From: an uncultured cyanobacterium
GTDB lineage: Bacteria > Cyanobacteriota > Cyanobacteriia > Phormidesmidales > Phormidesmidaceae
NCBI GenBank assembly: GCA_963793265.1
Contig: CAWBZI010000006.1
Coordinates: forward strand, 192,001-256,000
Direction: 5' to 3'
DNA: 64,000 nt
The notes beneath the pieces are model-generated. The model was not told the DNA's origin. It ran no database searches and was given only the letters and a program-made list of their open reading frames with translations. Of the stretch, positions 30,222 to 40,763 are shown piece after piece. Both the position numbers and the translations under genes were made by a program. Each line of letters begins with the position of its first letter. Position 1 is the first letter of the stretch.

Positions 30222-31325
30222 TTAAAAAGGATGAATCCATGCGCGCTTAAAGAGTCGCTGCGACACATCCGGGAAGCCGCCATTAGTCCATGACTTAAGT
30301 AGCGTCATCGATCTAGGGGCCTGCAATCGAGGGAGGGCATAGCAGGAAGTGTGCGACCTAACGACAGGATCATCAGTTACCAGCACCGCAGATTGTAGAC
30401 AGGATTCAGCAACTTGAGTTCGCGATTGTGGGCAAGAGCGATTGTAAGGAAACGCTAGGTGTTTTGGTTGAACACCCGTTTGCTTAATCATGTGCTCAAT
30501 AGAAAGGGTCATCTCTTCAGCCGTTTGATCGCTATGGGTACATAGATCTATATGGTTGGAGGTATGCACGCCTAGCGTGATATTGGGGTACTGTTTCTGC
30601 AGCTGCCTGACTTCGTTCCAGTTCAGCGTGAGCCGAGGCGGATAAGCTGTTGGCGCTAGCTGTTGATCGATGTCAGCTAGGATTGTTTGTCTTTGAGCAA
30701 CACTGGCTTTGGTTAAGCAGTTAGCGATCGCACCATAGGCCGCTTGTTGTTGTTTGCTGGTCGCTAAGCTCCAACTGCCAATAGGCGGAATTGATAGATA
30801 ATCATTAGCGCGCGCTCTAAAAGCAGAATAGACAACATCAATCCACTGGTTTTCTTCAGCCTCTACATAACCAGTTGCAAGATAGATGGTTGCTGGCAAA
30901 TCATACTTTGACAAAATAGGAGCCGCTACCATAAGATTGTTGCGATACCCGTCATCAAAAGTTATGGCGACAGTGCCTCGATTAATCGGCTCACCTAATG
31001 CTAACTGTCCGATCAAATGTTCGATAGAAACAACCTGACGATACCGCGCCAAAAACTGCATCTGCTGCTCAAAGGCTTCAGCAGAGAGGCTATTACAGGG
31101 ATCTATCCACTGTTCTTCTTCAGTAGAGTGTACGCTATGGTACATCAAGATAGAAGCTACCGCTCCGCGCTGAAGACGGGCATACAATGAAGTAACTCCA
31201 AGCTGATAAGAGAGTAAGTGAAGGCGCTTGAGTATGTGTTCTTTAGGCGTATAAGAAGGTGTTGTATCGAATGGAAGAAGCGCTATAGGCAGCTGTGATA
31301 GAGAGGTTGTTGTAGATGATGCCAT
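30222..31325 (-). CDS. Polysaccharide deacetylase (CE4) family protein
   Basis: ILMYH, F..QM.FL, AITFDDGY.NN, P.L....LPAT.Y, G.HT..H..L, AFPY. Confidence 0.85.
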   Translation of the reverse strand: MASSTTTSLSQLPIALLPFDTTPSYTPKEHILKRLHLLSYQLGVTSLYARLQRGAVASILMYHSVHSTEEEQWIDPCNSLSAEAFEQQMQFLARYRQVVSIEHLIGQLALGEPINRGTVAITFDDGYRNNLMVAAPILSKYDLPATIYLATGYVEAEENQWIDVVYSAFRARANDYLSIPPIGSWSLATSKQQQAAYGAIANCLTKASVAQRQTILADIDQQLAPTAYPPRLTLNWNEVRQLQKQYPNITLGVHTSNHIDLCTHSDQTAEEMTLSIEHMIKQTGVQPKHLAFPYNRSCPQSRTQVAESCLQSAVLVTDDPVVRSHTSCYALPRLQAPRSMTLLKSWTNGGFPDVSQRLFKRAWIHPF

Positions 31326-31444
31326 AGCTCTCAAGCAAGTAATTTCTTGAATAAGCGGCCCTGTTTACTGAGTCCTTATCTCTCTACAGAGTCAGATGTC
31401 CTTTGATATGTTCCGTAGACCACTTTTCGAATTACCTAAAAAGG

Positions 31445-31474
31445 AAAAGGCGCAGCTTTCTAGTGCTTGCGCCT
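31445..31474 (-). terminator. Terminator downstream of the Rieske gene
   Basis: Stem AGGCGCA/TGCGCCT with an adjacent A-run on the + strand. Confidence 0.45.
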
Positions 31475-31524
31475 CTAGTTACTACGCCTCTGAATGACTA
31501 CGCTACAACCCGTGCGGGTTCGTG

Positions 31525-31983
31525 TTATGCCGCAGATACCAGTACAGAATCGCCTTCAACTTTTGCAGCATATGCTTTCAATGGAGCGTCTGCCGGGCCT
31601 TCAGCTACACTGCCGTCAGGATTGAACTTGGAACCATGACAGGGACAGGCGAACAGATCTTCTTGCCAGGCAACCGCGCAACCGGCATGGGTGCATTTTG
31701 CACTCAAGGCAATCAGGCTCTCTGCATTCGCAGGATCTTGAATCACAATAACCGGCTCGTCGAAAGTCGAATCGTCACTGAGATATCCCTGTTCTGATAG
31801 TTCTGCGGTGGTGCCAATAGCCGTGAAGTCCGCTGCAATGCTCGTAGGCTCAGCAGAGGTGGCTTCTGGAGTCGTGGCCGTCGTTTCTTCGGTTGCTTCG
31901 GGGGTGCAAGCAGCGATCGCAACCGGTAAAGAAGTCGCAATAGCCCCTACGCCCATCCAGTTCATAAAGTCACGGCGATTCAT
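31525..31983 (-). CDS. Small Rieske [2Fe-2S] lipoprotein (Tat-exported, PetC3-like)
   Basis: Tat motif MNRRDF, lipobox IAAC, and cluster ligands CTHAGC and CPCHGS. Confidence 0.9.
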   Translation of the reverse strand: MNRRDFMNWMGVGAIATSLPVAIAACTPEATEETTATTPEATSAEPTSIAADFTAIGTTAELSEQGYLSDDSTFDEPVIVIQDPANAESLIALSAKCTHAGCAVAWQEDLFACPCHGSKFNPDGSVAEGPADAPLKAYAAKVEGDSVLVSAA

Positions 31984-32133
31984 AAGTCAATCCTCTCAAA
32001 CAAAAATTCAGACAGAGAAAGTAGTTTAAGCAATATTGAGTAATTAATATTAGGATAGAAATAATGAAGCAAGATTGTTCATACTTCGCTATGCCACTGA
32101 CCTCCGTACCCCTAATCCAGAGGAAATCTATAC

Positions 32134-33012
32134 GTGTTGCCTAAGTCTTGGGTGTGGTGTGGTGCTTTGAGCATGGCGCTCTTATTAGCGACTGTTACGA
32201 TCAAAACGCAGGCCCAGCAGTCTGAGTCATCACCAGGATTCCTGGTTGGTGCCAAGGAACAAGCGACCAATAACGACATTCTAGAGACAGTGGTTTCGAG
32301 CGATGTGGTGTACTTAGCTGAAACCCATAGCGACCCTGCCGACCATGCCGCTCAGCTAGAAATCGTGCAGGCGCTTAGCGAAAAGCGCGACGTTGCCATT
32401 GGCCTAGAAATGTTTCAGCGGCCTTTTCAACCCGTTTTAGATAGTTACTTAGCCGGTAGCCTCACCGAAGCAGACCTGATTGAGCAAAGCGAATACGAAA
32501 CTCGCTGGGGCTTTGACTGGGAGTTTTATGCGCCTATCGTGCGCTACGCAAAAGCTAACGATATTCCTTTAATTGCGCTAAATACGCCCGCTGAAATTAC
32601 GCGCAAAGTAGCCCTCACTGGCTTGGAGAGTTTAGCCGGTGACGACCTCACCTACATTCCGCCTGTCGCTGATATTAGTACTGACAATGAAGACTATAAA
32701 GCTTCTATTGCAGAGGTGTTTAGCGCTCACGGTGATATGGGCCATAGCTTGAACTTTGAGAACTTCTTTGCAGCGCAAGTGCTGTGGGATGAAACCATGG
32801 CCGAGCGTGTAGCCACTCAGCTACAGACTGAGCCTGAACGACAGGTTATTGTATTAGCCGGTGAGGCCCATATCCTTTACGGCTACGGTATTCCAGATCG
32901 AGTTGCCCGGCGAGTGCCTGAAGTCGATCACGTTAGTGTATGGCTAGCGCCCGATTTTGAATCGACTAGCGAACCGGACGCGGCAGATTTTGTCTGGCTA
33001 ACATCCGAGTAA
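32134..33012 (+). CDS. ChaN family (haem-binding uptake, Tiki superfamily) protein
   Basis: Signal peptide, VVYL.E.H....[43 protein letters not shown]. Confidence 0.85.
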   Translation: MLPKSWVWCGALSMALLLATVTIKTQAQQSESSPGFLVGAKEQATNNDILETVVSSDVVYLAETHSDPADHAAQLEIVQALSEKRDVAIGLEMFQRPFQPVLDSYLAGSLTEADLIEQSEYETRWGFDWEFYAPIVRYAKANDIPLIALNTPAEITRKVALTGLESLAGDDLTYIPPVADISTDNEDYKASIAEVFSAHGDMGHSLNFENFFAAQVLWDETMAERVATQLQTEPERQVIVLAGEAHILYGYGIPDRVARRVPEVDHVSVWLAPDFESTSEPDAADFVWLTSE

Positions 33013-34106
33013 GTCTGCGCCTTAGACGCGCGAAGCTGACCGCAGGCGGCGTCCTTCTCAAGGCCGCGCGAATAGCGAACGCTGACGGCGATGCCCTTAT
33101 CTTTGAGCTGCTGCGTAAAGTCTTCTACCCGCTGGCGAGTCGGGCGCTTGTAGTCTACTTCGGTGATGGGATTATAAGGAATCAGATTCACGTGACTTTG
33201 GAAGCCGCGCAACTCACTGGCAAGCTCTAGGGCGTGCTCCGGCAGGTCGTTGAGATCAGCGAGCACAATGTACTCAAAGGTGACCCGTCTACCAGTGAGC
33301 TTAACGTAGTCTTTGCACTCGTCTAGCAGATCCGTTAGAGGGTAGTGCTCGGCGCTGGGAATGAGCTGAGTGCGGAGTGCCTGGTTGCTGGCGTGCAGGC
33401 TCACGGCCAAAGTGATTTGCAACTGCTGCTCGGCCAGGCGGCGAATATGGCCGGGGATGCCGACGGTGGACACTGTAATCGAGCGCTGACCAATGCCGAT
33501 GTCTTGATTGAGCGATCGCACCGCAGCCACCACATTCGTCGTATTCAGTAAGGGCTCACCCATGCCCATAAACACAATATTGCTCACCCGCCGCTCAAAG
33601 TCTTCTTGAACGGTAAGCACCTGATCGACAATTTCGTAGGTTTCTAGATTGCGTGCAAAGCCGCCTTTACCCGTGGCGCAAAAGTCGCAGCCCATCGGAC
33701 AGCCAATCTGCGATGAGACACATACCGTCAATCGCTTATCAGAAGGAATGCCGACTGCTTCAATAATGTGGCCGTCGGTCAGCTTGAGCAGGTATTTGAC
33801 GGTGCCGTCAGGCGACTCAGAGCGAAAGTGGATATGCGATCGCCCCACCGGAAAATTCTTTACCTCAGCCCGCCACTTTTTAGAGAACACCGTCACCTCA
33901 TCTAGTGACCGAATCCCCTTTTGATAAATCCACTGATGAAGCTGCTTGCCGCGGTAAGCGGGCTGGCTATGCTGCACCACCCATTCGGTCAGCGATTCGA
34001 CGGAGCGACCGAGCAAAGGCATCTCGCTGGCTAGGCTTGAGCCCCGCAGCATATCTGGTTCGGCAGAGACATCTGCTGCTAATGCGTTGGCCGTCGTTGC
34101 AACCAT
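32928..34106 (-). CDS. rlmN: 23S rRNA m2A2503 / tRNA m2A37 methyltransferase (radical SAM)
   Basis: [48 protein letters not shown]. Confidence 0.95.
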   Translation of the reverse strand: MVATTANALAADVSAEPDMLRGSSLASEMPLLGRSVESLTEWVVQHSQPAYRGKQLHQWIYQKGIRSLDEVTVFSKKWRAEVKNFPVGRSHIHFRSESPDGTVKYLLKLTDGHIIEAVGIPSDKRLTVCVSSQIGCPMGCDFCATGKGGFARNLETYEIVDQVLTVQEDFERRVSNIVFMGMGEPLLNTTNVVAAVRSLNQDIGIGQRSITVSTVGIPGHIRRLAEQQLQITLAVSLHASNQALRTQLIPSAEHYPLTDLLDECKDYVKLTGRRVTFEYIVLADLNDLPEHALELASELRGFQSHVNLIPYNPITEVDYKRPTRQRVEDFTQQLKDKGIAVSVRYSRGLEKDAACGQLRASKAQTYSDVSQTKSAASGSLVDSKSGASHTLT

Positions 34107-34267
34107 AAAACCTATAAACCAGGGCTAGAAATACTGATCAAAGAATACACGAGGTTCGATTGTAGCGACTATCGATACCAATCGTTTGTAGAACCAGTTT
34201 GCAAGAACAAATAGTAACAGCCGGAGAGCGTAAGGTCTTACGCCCTCCGACGCGGCAACGCCAAAGA

Positions 34268-35050
34268 TCACTGTCGAAGGTCACCATCGTTCATCAAATC
34301 AACCAAACCCTCAGTCAGCGCTTTGGGATCCATAAAGAGCACCTTAGAATTATCGCTCTCGCCAATTTTCTGATTAGCCGCCACGTAGCGCTGAGCTAGC
34401 AAATACTGCAATACTTCCTTGCCGTTACCTGTCGCTTCCAAAGCCTGAGAAAGCAACCGCATCGACTCTACGTCAGCCTGAGCCTCTGAAATTTTAGCGT
34501 TCTTCTCATACGAAGCCGCCCGCTCCTTTTGCATCGCATCAAGCACATTCTGAGGCGGATCAAGCTTTTGAATCTCAACTCGGTTTACCTTTAGCCCCCA
34601 GGGCGCAGTCGCCTCGTCAAGCACATCAAGCAGCGCGCGGTTGATATCGTCTCTCGAAGAAAAGAGCTGCTGAAAGTCCGTTTTACCCACTTCCGAACGC
34701 AGCGTCGTAATCACTAGCTCCTGCATTGCAAACTCCACGTCTTCAACGGCGTAGTAAGTGCGCTCCAGGTTGTAAATGCGCCAGTAGATAATAGCGTCTA
34801 CTTCGAGGTTAACGTTGTCTTTGGTAATCGCTCGCTGCGGCGGAATATCTAAGGTTTGCTCGCGCAAGGAGTCTTCGAGCACGACTGAATCTAGCAGCGG
34901 CACAATAATATTCAGGCCCGGTTCGAGCGTACTTCTGTACCGGCCCAGCCGCTCTACTAATGCGGCATTGCCCTCTTTGATAATGCGTACCGATCCGACA
35001 CCGTAGCCAACAGCGATAAACGCAAGGATGGCAATAATTGAAGAGAACAT
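34268..35050 (-). CDS. SPFH/band 7 (stomatin-like) protein
   Basis: N-terminal transmembrane segment, VERLG.Y...L.PGL, REQ.LD.PPQ..ITKDNV, T.LRS.VG, T.PWG.KV.RVEI. Confidence 0.92.
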   Translation of the reverse strand: MFSSIIAILAFIAVGYGVGSVRIIKEGNAALVERLGRYRSTLEPGLNIIVPLLDSVVLEDSLREQTLDIPPQRAITKDNVNLEVDAIIYWRIYNLERTYYAVEDVEFAMQELVITTLRSEVGKTDFQQLFSSRDDINRALLDVLDEATAPWGLKVNRVEIQKLDPPQNVLDAMQKERAASYEKNAKISEAQADVESMRLLSQALEATGNGKEVLQYLLAQRYVAANQKIGESDNSKVLFMDPKALTEGLVDLMNDGDLRQ

Positions 35051-35349
35051 GGGCGGTGGCTCTTGAAGTGTGCTCTCTACTTAGCACATCGGACTAAGAA
35101 AGTATAGATGAAAATATCAAGCTTCGTCCTAACGCATCGCAACGCTCCCGTGTGTTTCGCTAGAAACCCAATAATACCAGTGGGCACGTTAGTAACATCT
35201 GAACCTATTTTACACGCGACTTTGACGCGACTCGCTTTCTCTCGTTTTTATGGGCGATCGCAACCAAGTCTATTTGATTTCTGTCTAACTTTTGACTTCT
35301 GAACTCATTAGGTTCAATCGATATTACCCAGTTTTTTTGATATAAATTC

Positions 35350-36108
35350 ATGCGCGTACAAAATATTTTCACGTGGGGCGTGCTTGGCGCGCTATCAATG
35401 ACTTTCAGCGGCAGTTGGCTAATGCCCACCCAAACAGCATTAGCGAATGCTTCGACTACCACGGCCAGTTCCACAGCTGCTTTAGCCGCCGAGCCAGCGC
35501 CAAACACCGCCCGTCTGAATCTGGCTCAGATGCACATAGCTCAGGTAAACAACGCTGATTTGGCCTGCTATCTTCGTAGCTTAGAAGGCATTCAATACGA
35601 CTTGAGCGCGCTATGTGGTGGCTTCGTAGCGCAAGAAGTTGTGCTGCAAACCGGCGACGTGCAGGTAACGCTGCGCTGGGACACCTCCGATGATTTGGAT
35701 CTATACGTACAAGATCCTGCTGGCGACGAAGTATATTACGGCAACCCAGCAGTTGCTTCAGGTGGACTGCTAGACGTAGACGCGAATGCAGGATGCGCTC
35801 AACAGATGGCTTCGCCCGTAGAGAACATCTACTGGCCGACCGATGGCGGCGTGCCAGGAGACTACGTAGTCACCGTCGATTTGTTTAGCTATTGCGGTGA
35901 CGAAGTACCGATTAACTTTACGCTAACAACGCTGGTGAAAGGCGAAACCCAAACTCAAACCGGCACCGTTTCTAGCGATCAGCCCTCGGTTAGCTTCCCG
36001 TTTACATTCCCCGAAGCAGGCACAGCTCCCGCGGGGGCAGAAGCCGAAGCGCTACCAACAGTAGCACCAAGCGGCCAACCGGCTATGCCCGCGCCAGCAG
36101 CAAGTTAA
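35350..36108 (+). CDS. Secreted YfaP/DUF2135-like domain protein
   Basis: Signal peptide; GDVQVTL.WD...DLDL.V.DP.G...Y....G.LDVD...VENIYW...G.Y.V.V. Confidence 0.7.
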   Translation: MRVQNIFTWGVLGALSMTFSGSWLMPTQTALANASTTTASSTAALAAEPAPNTARLNLAQMHIAQVNNADLACYLRSLEGIQYDLSALCGGFVAQEVVLQTGDVQVTLRWDTSDDLDLYVQDPAGDEVYYGNPAVASGGLLDVDANAGCAQQMASPVENIYWPTDGGVPGDYVVTVDLFSYCGDEVPINFTLTTLVKGETQTQTGTVSSDQPSVSFPFTFPEAGTAPAGAEAEALPTVAPSGQPAMPAPAAS

Positions 36109-36145
36109 TCTTTAACAACCGTCAAAAAGATTCATTAGCAAGCGT

Positions 36146-36181
36146 AAAACAGCCGCTCTTTGCAAAGAGCGGCTGTTTTTT
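36146..36181. terminator. Bidirectional intrinsic terminator
   Basis: Palindrome AAAACAGCCGCTCTTTGCAAAGAGCGGCTGTTTT(TT) between convergent genes. Confidence 0.85.
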
Positions 36182-36206
36182 GATCAAACTTCCTGCAACC
36201 GAACGG

Positions 36207-37892
36207 CTACTTTGCGGGTAGCTCCAGAGGAATTTCCACAATAAAAGCCGTTTGATTATGGCTACTTTCTACTTCAATAGAGCCTTCTAAGTGGCTAATA
36301 AGCTTCTGGGCAAGCGCTAAGCCTAATCCCGTGCCGCCTTGCTTCCAAGGATCGGCGCTCGGCACCCGATAAAACTTGTCAAAAATGCGCTGACGCTCCT
36401 CTTCAGCAATTTCAACCCCCGTATTCACAACGCTAAAGCGCATACTGCTCGCGCCGCCTGACACTGAAATATGAATGCTGTGATTAGGCGGCGTGTATTT
36501 GCAGGCGTTATTGATTAGCTCTGCTAGGACGCGCTCAAGGCTAGCTAAATCAGAAATGAGTTCGGGCAAATTCTCAGGAACGGTAACTATAAGGGTCTGA
36601 TCCCGGCTCTTGGCACGTGGCTTGAAGCCATTGACCAAGTTGGGTAGCCAGTTGGTCAAGTCAATAGGCTGAAGCAGCATAGGATGGTTGCCGACATCGA
36701 GCCTTTGCAGATCTAGCAGATCGTTGATCAGGCTAATTTCCCGTTCACACTCTTCTTTTAGAATGCGGTAGTAGCGGGCGAGACGGCCCTGCTCTATTTG
36801 GGGCTTTTCTAGCTCGTTATCCAGGTCGTATTCCTGATTGAGCGTAACCCCCAGAAGCTGAAGCGCCACGCGCATACTGGTCACAGGCGTACGCAATTCG
36901 TGAGAAACCGTACTAAGAAAGTCGTCTTTGAGCGTGTTTACGCGCTCTAGCTCGCGGACTTGGGATTGAGATTCTTGATAGAGACGGGCCTGGCGAATGG
37001 CGATCGCACACTGATTGGTCACCTGCTCCACCAGGCGAATATCAATTTCAGTCAGGCAAGAATCGGCATCATTGATCAGCCACAGATCGCCTAAAACATC
37101 GCGATCGTCTCTAATTGGCGCAGCAAACATCGACACCAAACCGCGTTCAGGATTAGGAAAGGTCGAGCAAAACTGTAGATATTGTCCGGCTAGCAAAAGC
37201 TGGTATACCTCCGAGTAGGCTTCCATTTGCGAAACCCGGCCCCGCATCGGCGCAATCCCTGCCGAGCACTCATGCAGTACCGTCGAGGTGCCCTGCTCTA
37301 GGTCATATAGCGCGGTGTTTGCGGCTTTTATATTGAGCGCTTTTACCAGCTCGTCAACCGCTGTCTGTAAAATCTGCTGCTCGTCTAAGCTATCGCGAAC
37401 GCGATCGGTAATTCGCTTCAGCGTCGCCTCTAAATGCAGCGCCGTATCGAGCTTTTCTTGATTGGCCTGAAGCTGCTCGGTGAGCATTCTATTAGCCGCT
37501 TGGGTGCTGGCCAACTCGGTCACGTTTTGCAGGGTATTAATTAGCGCTGGCTGGCCGTCTATATCAATAAGCTGCCGGTGACCAATCACCTGACAGTTGC
37601 CATTAAACGTAAGCGGCTCGGTGCTAGGCTGCTGCGAGGCAAAAAAGAGATCGTCTTGCCCAGCAAGCTGATGAGCAATCTGCTGAGGCAAAAAGTCCGT
37701 TTCGCTACGACCGATAATGGCCTCTGCGCTTAAGCCAATCAAATCAGCGCCCGCAGCATTGACGTAGATCCACCGGTGCTGATTGTTTTTCACATAGACA
37801 GGCTGAGCCGAGTGGCTCGTGAGGGCTGAGGCGATCGCGCCTAGAAGATTGGACATAGCAATTGACCCGGACTGGCTAACTGAAAGGCTCAT
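36207..37892 (-). CDS. PAS-GAF sensor histidine kinase
   Basis: N-terminal PAS, GAF (LDEQQILQTAV...Q.AIAI.QA.LY), H-box VSHELRTP, N-box NACKY and G2 GGTGLGL. Confidence 0.92.
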   Translation of the reverse strand: MSLSVSQSGSIAMSNLLGAIASALTSHSAQPVYVKNNQHRWIYVNAAGADLIGLSAEAIIGRSETDFLPQQIAHQLAGQDDLFFASQQPSTEPLTFNGNCQVIGHRQLIDIDGQPALINTLQNVTELASTQAANRMLTEQLQANQEKLDTALHLEATLKRITDRVRDSLDEQQILQTAVDELVKALNIKAANTALYDLEQGTSTVLHECSAGIAPMRGRVSQMEAYSEVYQLLLAGQYLQFCSTFPNPERGLVSMFAAPIRDDRDVLGDLWLINDADSCLTEIDIRLVEQVTNQCAIAIRQARLYQESQSQVRELERVNTLKDDFLSTVSHELRTPVTSMRVALQLLGVTLNQEYDLDNELEKPQIEQGRLARYYRILKEECEREISLINDLLDLQRLDVGNHPMLLQPIDLTNWLPNLVNGFKPRAKSRDQTLIVTVPENLPELISDLASLERVLAELINNACKYTPPNHSIHISVSGGASSMRFSVVNTGVEIAEEERQRIFDKFYRVPSADPWKQGGTGLGLALAQKLISHLEGSIEVESSHNQTAFIVEIPLELPAK

Positions 37893-38103
37893 TACGCAAT
37901 TAAACGGTTGTCAATGTAGATAAGGTGCCCCACTTCGTCTCAAAATATAAGCCAATATTGATATATCCGCTGTGAGAGCCGTCAGCGCTAGAGAAATACA
38001 CATAAATACTTGTGAAGCCTTTAAGCAAGCCAGCATATTTACCAGCTTAGGATGACTTATCGAGACACCATTTGGCAGTTTCATCCTCTAGTCATTAACT
38101 TTA

Positions 38104-38796
38104 TTGCTTATGTCTTCAGCCGATTTAACCGGTTCTGGCCTGTTCTTAGTTTCGCCTGACGTTACAGCAAGCATCGAGAAAGCAGGCATCAAGCAGAATA
38201 GCGGCGCGCCGCTGAAGTTAGGCGTGATGGCCTCGGGCAGCGGTAGTAACTTTGAGGCGATCGCGACTGCTATCAATCAAGGCACCCTCAACGCGCGTGT
38301 CGAAATTGTCATCTACAACAATCCCAAAGCAAAAGTAGTCGAGCGAGCGAGTCGCCTAGGGATTGCCACAAAACTGCTAGACCACCGTACTTTTGAGTCG
38401 AGAGAAGCCTTAGACGAAGCTATTGTGCAGGCACTGACAGCAGCAGGCGTCGAATGGGTAGTGATGGCAGGTTGGATGCGGCGGGTCACACAGCGGCTAA
38501 TCTCAGCATTTCCCCGACGCATTTTGAACATTCATCCGAGCCTGCTGCCTAGTTTTCCGGGGGTAAGAGCAGTAGAGCAAGCCCTAGCGGCTAAGGTAAA
38601 AATTGCAGGCTGTAGCGTTCATTTTGTAGAGCTAATCGTCGATAGCGGGCCGATCATTATGCAAGCAGCCGTACCCGTGCTCGCTGATGACAGTGTAGAA
38701 ACGTTGCAGGCCCGCATTCAGGTACAGGAGCATCGGATTTTTCCGCTGGCCATAGCGATCGCCGCTCAGCAGGCAGCTAGCAATCCAGACAGCTAG
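38104..38796 (+). CDS. purN: Phosphoribosylglycinamide formyltransferase
   Basis: ASGSGSNF.AI, VMAGWMR, ILNIHPSLLPSFPG, GCSVH.V...VDSGPII.QA, EH.I.P. Confidence 0.95.
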   Translation: MLMSSADLTGSGLFLVSPDVTASIEKAGIKQNSGAPLKLGVMASGSGSNFEAIATAINQGTLNARVEIVIYNNPKAKVVERASRLGIATKLLDHRTFESREALDEAIVQALTAAGVEWVVMAGWMRRVTQRLISAFPRRILNIHPSLLPSFPGVRAVEQALAAKVKIAGCSVHFVELIVDSGPIIMQAAVPVLADDSVETLQARIQVQEHRIFPLAIAIAAQQAASNPDS

Positions 38797-39550
38797 CAAG
38801 CCAGACAGACAGCTAGATCAATATAGATAGATCAAACAGCAACCGTTTAAACCTAGAAAGCATAAAAACTCAACAACATAAATCAATGGCTTTCCCAATG
38901 TTTTATAAACCGTTGAGATACTGTAAAGATCAGGCGTAAGTATCAATGCGCTAGTGGATTCACTTAAGTGTTACTGATAATATTTTGAGAAGCGGATAAA
39001 GGCCAAGGCAAAGTATTAGTAATAACTAGCAAAGAGTTGACTTTCGGCTATTTTCTAGGCAGACACAATGCTTATTGACCTGCGTCATCTAACGCCCTCA
39101 GCAAACAACAGTTAAAGACAATTAAAAATAGTGATGACCTATCTATTTGCAATGCTAGCAACCGTCAGCTTGTACTATTTACTGGAATAAAGCTTATTTA
39201 CGCGATTAAGGTCTATAAACAAGGCTTTACGAGTATAATTAACGCTTTATCTGGCTTTATCAATTCCTCCTAACAGGCTAAAACTTAGCGGCTTATACGG
39301 ACAAGCGATCGTTACTTTGTAGAAGAGATATCAAATAATATAGTTCTTTTAACGGAGTTAACTATCAACATAAGTTGCTATGTTTTAGTTGCCACAAATA
39401 TGGCTCATGGGTGGACGTCAACTCCCTATTGATTGCGAACGTAATTGCGAGCGTTTGTTTTACTCTTTTTCGTCTTTTGATGAAGTTTTTATCCGGAGGA
39501 TAATAACAATTCAAAGAAGATAGAAATGTGAGTCATTAGGGTTCAACAAA

Positions 39551-39829
39551 ATGTTCGGAATGTCAAATTTTAAGTTATCGAGTGCTAAGTCAACTGCGAG
39601 ATCTAATGAGCTTGAATCGTTAGTGCGCACAGCAATGCTAAACGGTGAGCTTTCTCCCGGTGTGGCCGCGCAAGTAGAACAGTATCGCGCGGGCAAGCCT
39701 TCTTGTGAAGAAAGACGAATGCTCGCTATTTTAGATGATGCGATCGCCGATGGCTGCGTCATCCCAGTAGAGCTATCGGTAATGCCCTCACGTCGTCAGG
39801 TTGCCTACAGCTTTATCGAGCGGCGCTAG
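39551..39829 (+). CDS. Small conserved cyanobacterial hypothetical protein
   Basis: Coding-like composition after a long AT-rich spacer; pattern LV..A...G.L.......E...L..L.DAI..G.V. Confidence 0.6.
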   Translation: MFGMSNFKLSSAKSTARSNELESLVRTAMLNGELSPGVAAQVEQYRAGKPSCEERRMLAILDDAIADGCVIPVELSVMPSRRQVAYSFIERR

Positions 39830-40041
39830 AATAGCGCTACGACTAATAGGTGCTACAGCCAACAGGTGCTACGGCTATCAATTGCGATCAGGCAGTATCA
39901 GAAGGCATGGAGATGCGCTTTTAGGCAGATGGCGTCAGCGTTCACAACTTTTACACTTTTAAATAACTCCGTAGCCTATATATTCTTAGAGCTACAAACA
40001 AGACGGTTTTTTGCCGTCTTTTTATTTGCTGAGCGCGCTAA

Positions 40042-40761
40042 ATGTCATTGACCAGTCCCCTCGAAGTTTCTCGCTGGATGCTATTTTCTATGGGCATCCG
40101 CATCCGGCTGCATCATGCAGAGCGCCTGCCCACGTCGCCCTTTTTGATGATCTCAAATCATCGCAGCTTCTTAGATGCGCCTTTGTTAATAGCCGCCTCA
40201 GCTAAGCCCGTGCACTTTGCCTGCCATCACTACATGTCGCAGGTGCCAGTGATGCGTAATGTAGTCGATGCGCTGGGCTGCTTTCCGCTAGACGAGCCGC
40301 AGCAGCGGGGGCGTAAGTTCTTTAAGCAGGCAACTGAGTTTTTGCAATCACAAGAATCCATCGGCGTCTTCCCCGAAGGCACCGACCCGATGATTGAAGT
40401 CCCTAGTCCCTCTCAGGTTGGCCCTTTTCAGCGAGGCTTTGCACATCTGGCCCTGCGCGCGCCCGTAGAAGAATTAAAGATAGTGCCCGCAGCTATCTTG
40501 GCGCTAGAAGAAACGCAGCGTTCTGCTGTGCCGTTTCAGCTACTGAGCTGGTTTGATCCGACTGAGCCCTTATTCCAGCAGTCCGGGTTGCATCCGGCGG
40601 TGATTTATCGGAAGGTAGCAGTGGTGATTGGCGAGCCTATTGCAATTAGCGACTGGGTGAAGCAGGGCTACGGCGGCAAGCGCTCTGGAAAAGTCGCCAC
40701 CGAGTTGAGCGAGCAATGTCACGATAAAGTTCAAGCCCTGCTTAAGGCAGGCTGCTATTAA
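40042..40761 (+). CDS. Lysophospholipid acyltransferase (PlsC family)
   Basis: Catalytic NHRSFLD (HxxxxD) and IGVFPEG motifs. Confidence 0.9.
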   Translation: MSLTSPLEVSRWMLFSMGIRIRLHHAERLPTSPFLMISNHRSFLDAPLLIAASAKPVHFACHHYMSQVPVMRNVVDALGCFPLDEPQQRGRKFFKQATEFLQSQESIGVFPEGTDPMIEVPSPSQVGPFQRGFAHLALRAPVEELKIVPAAILALEETQRSAVPFQLLSWFDPTEPLFQQSGLHPAVIYRKVAVVIGEPIAISDWVKQGYGGKRSGKVATELSEQCHDKVQALLKAGCY

Positions 40762-40763
40762 CT

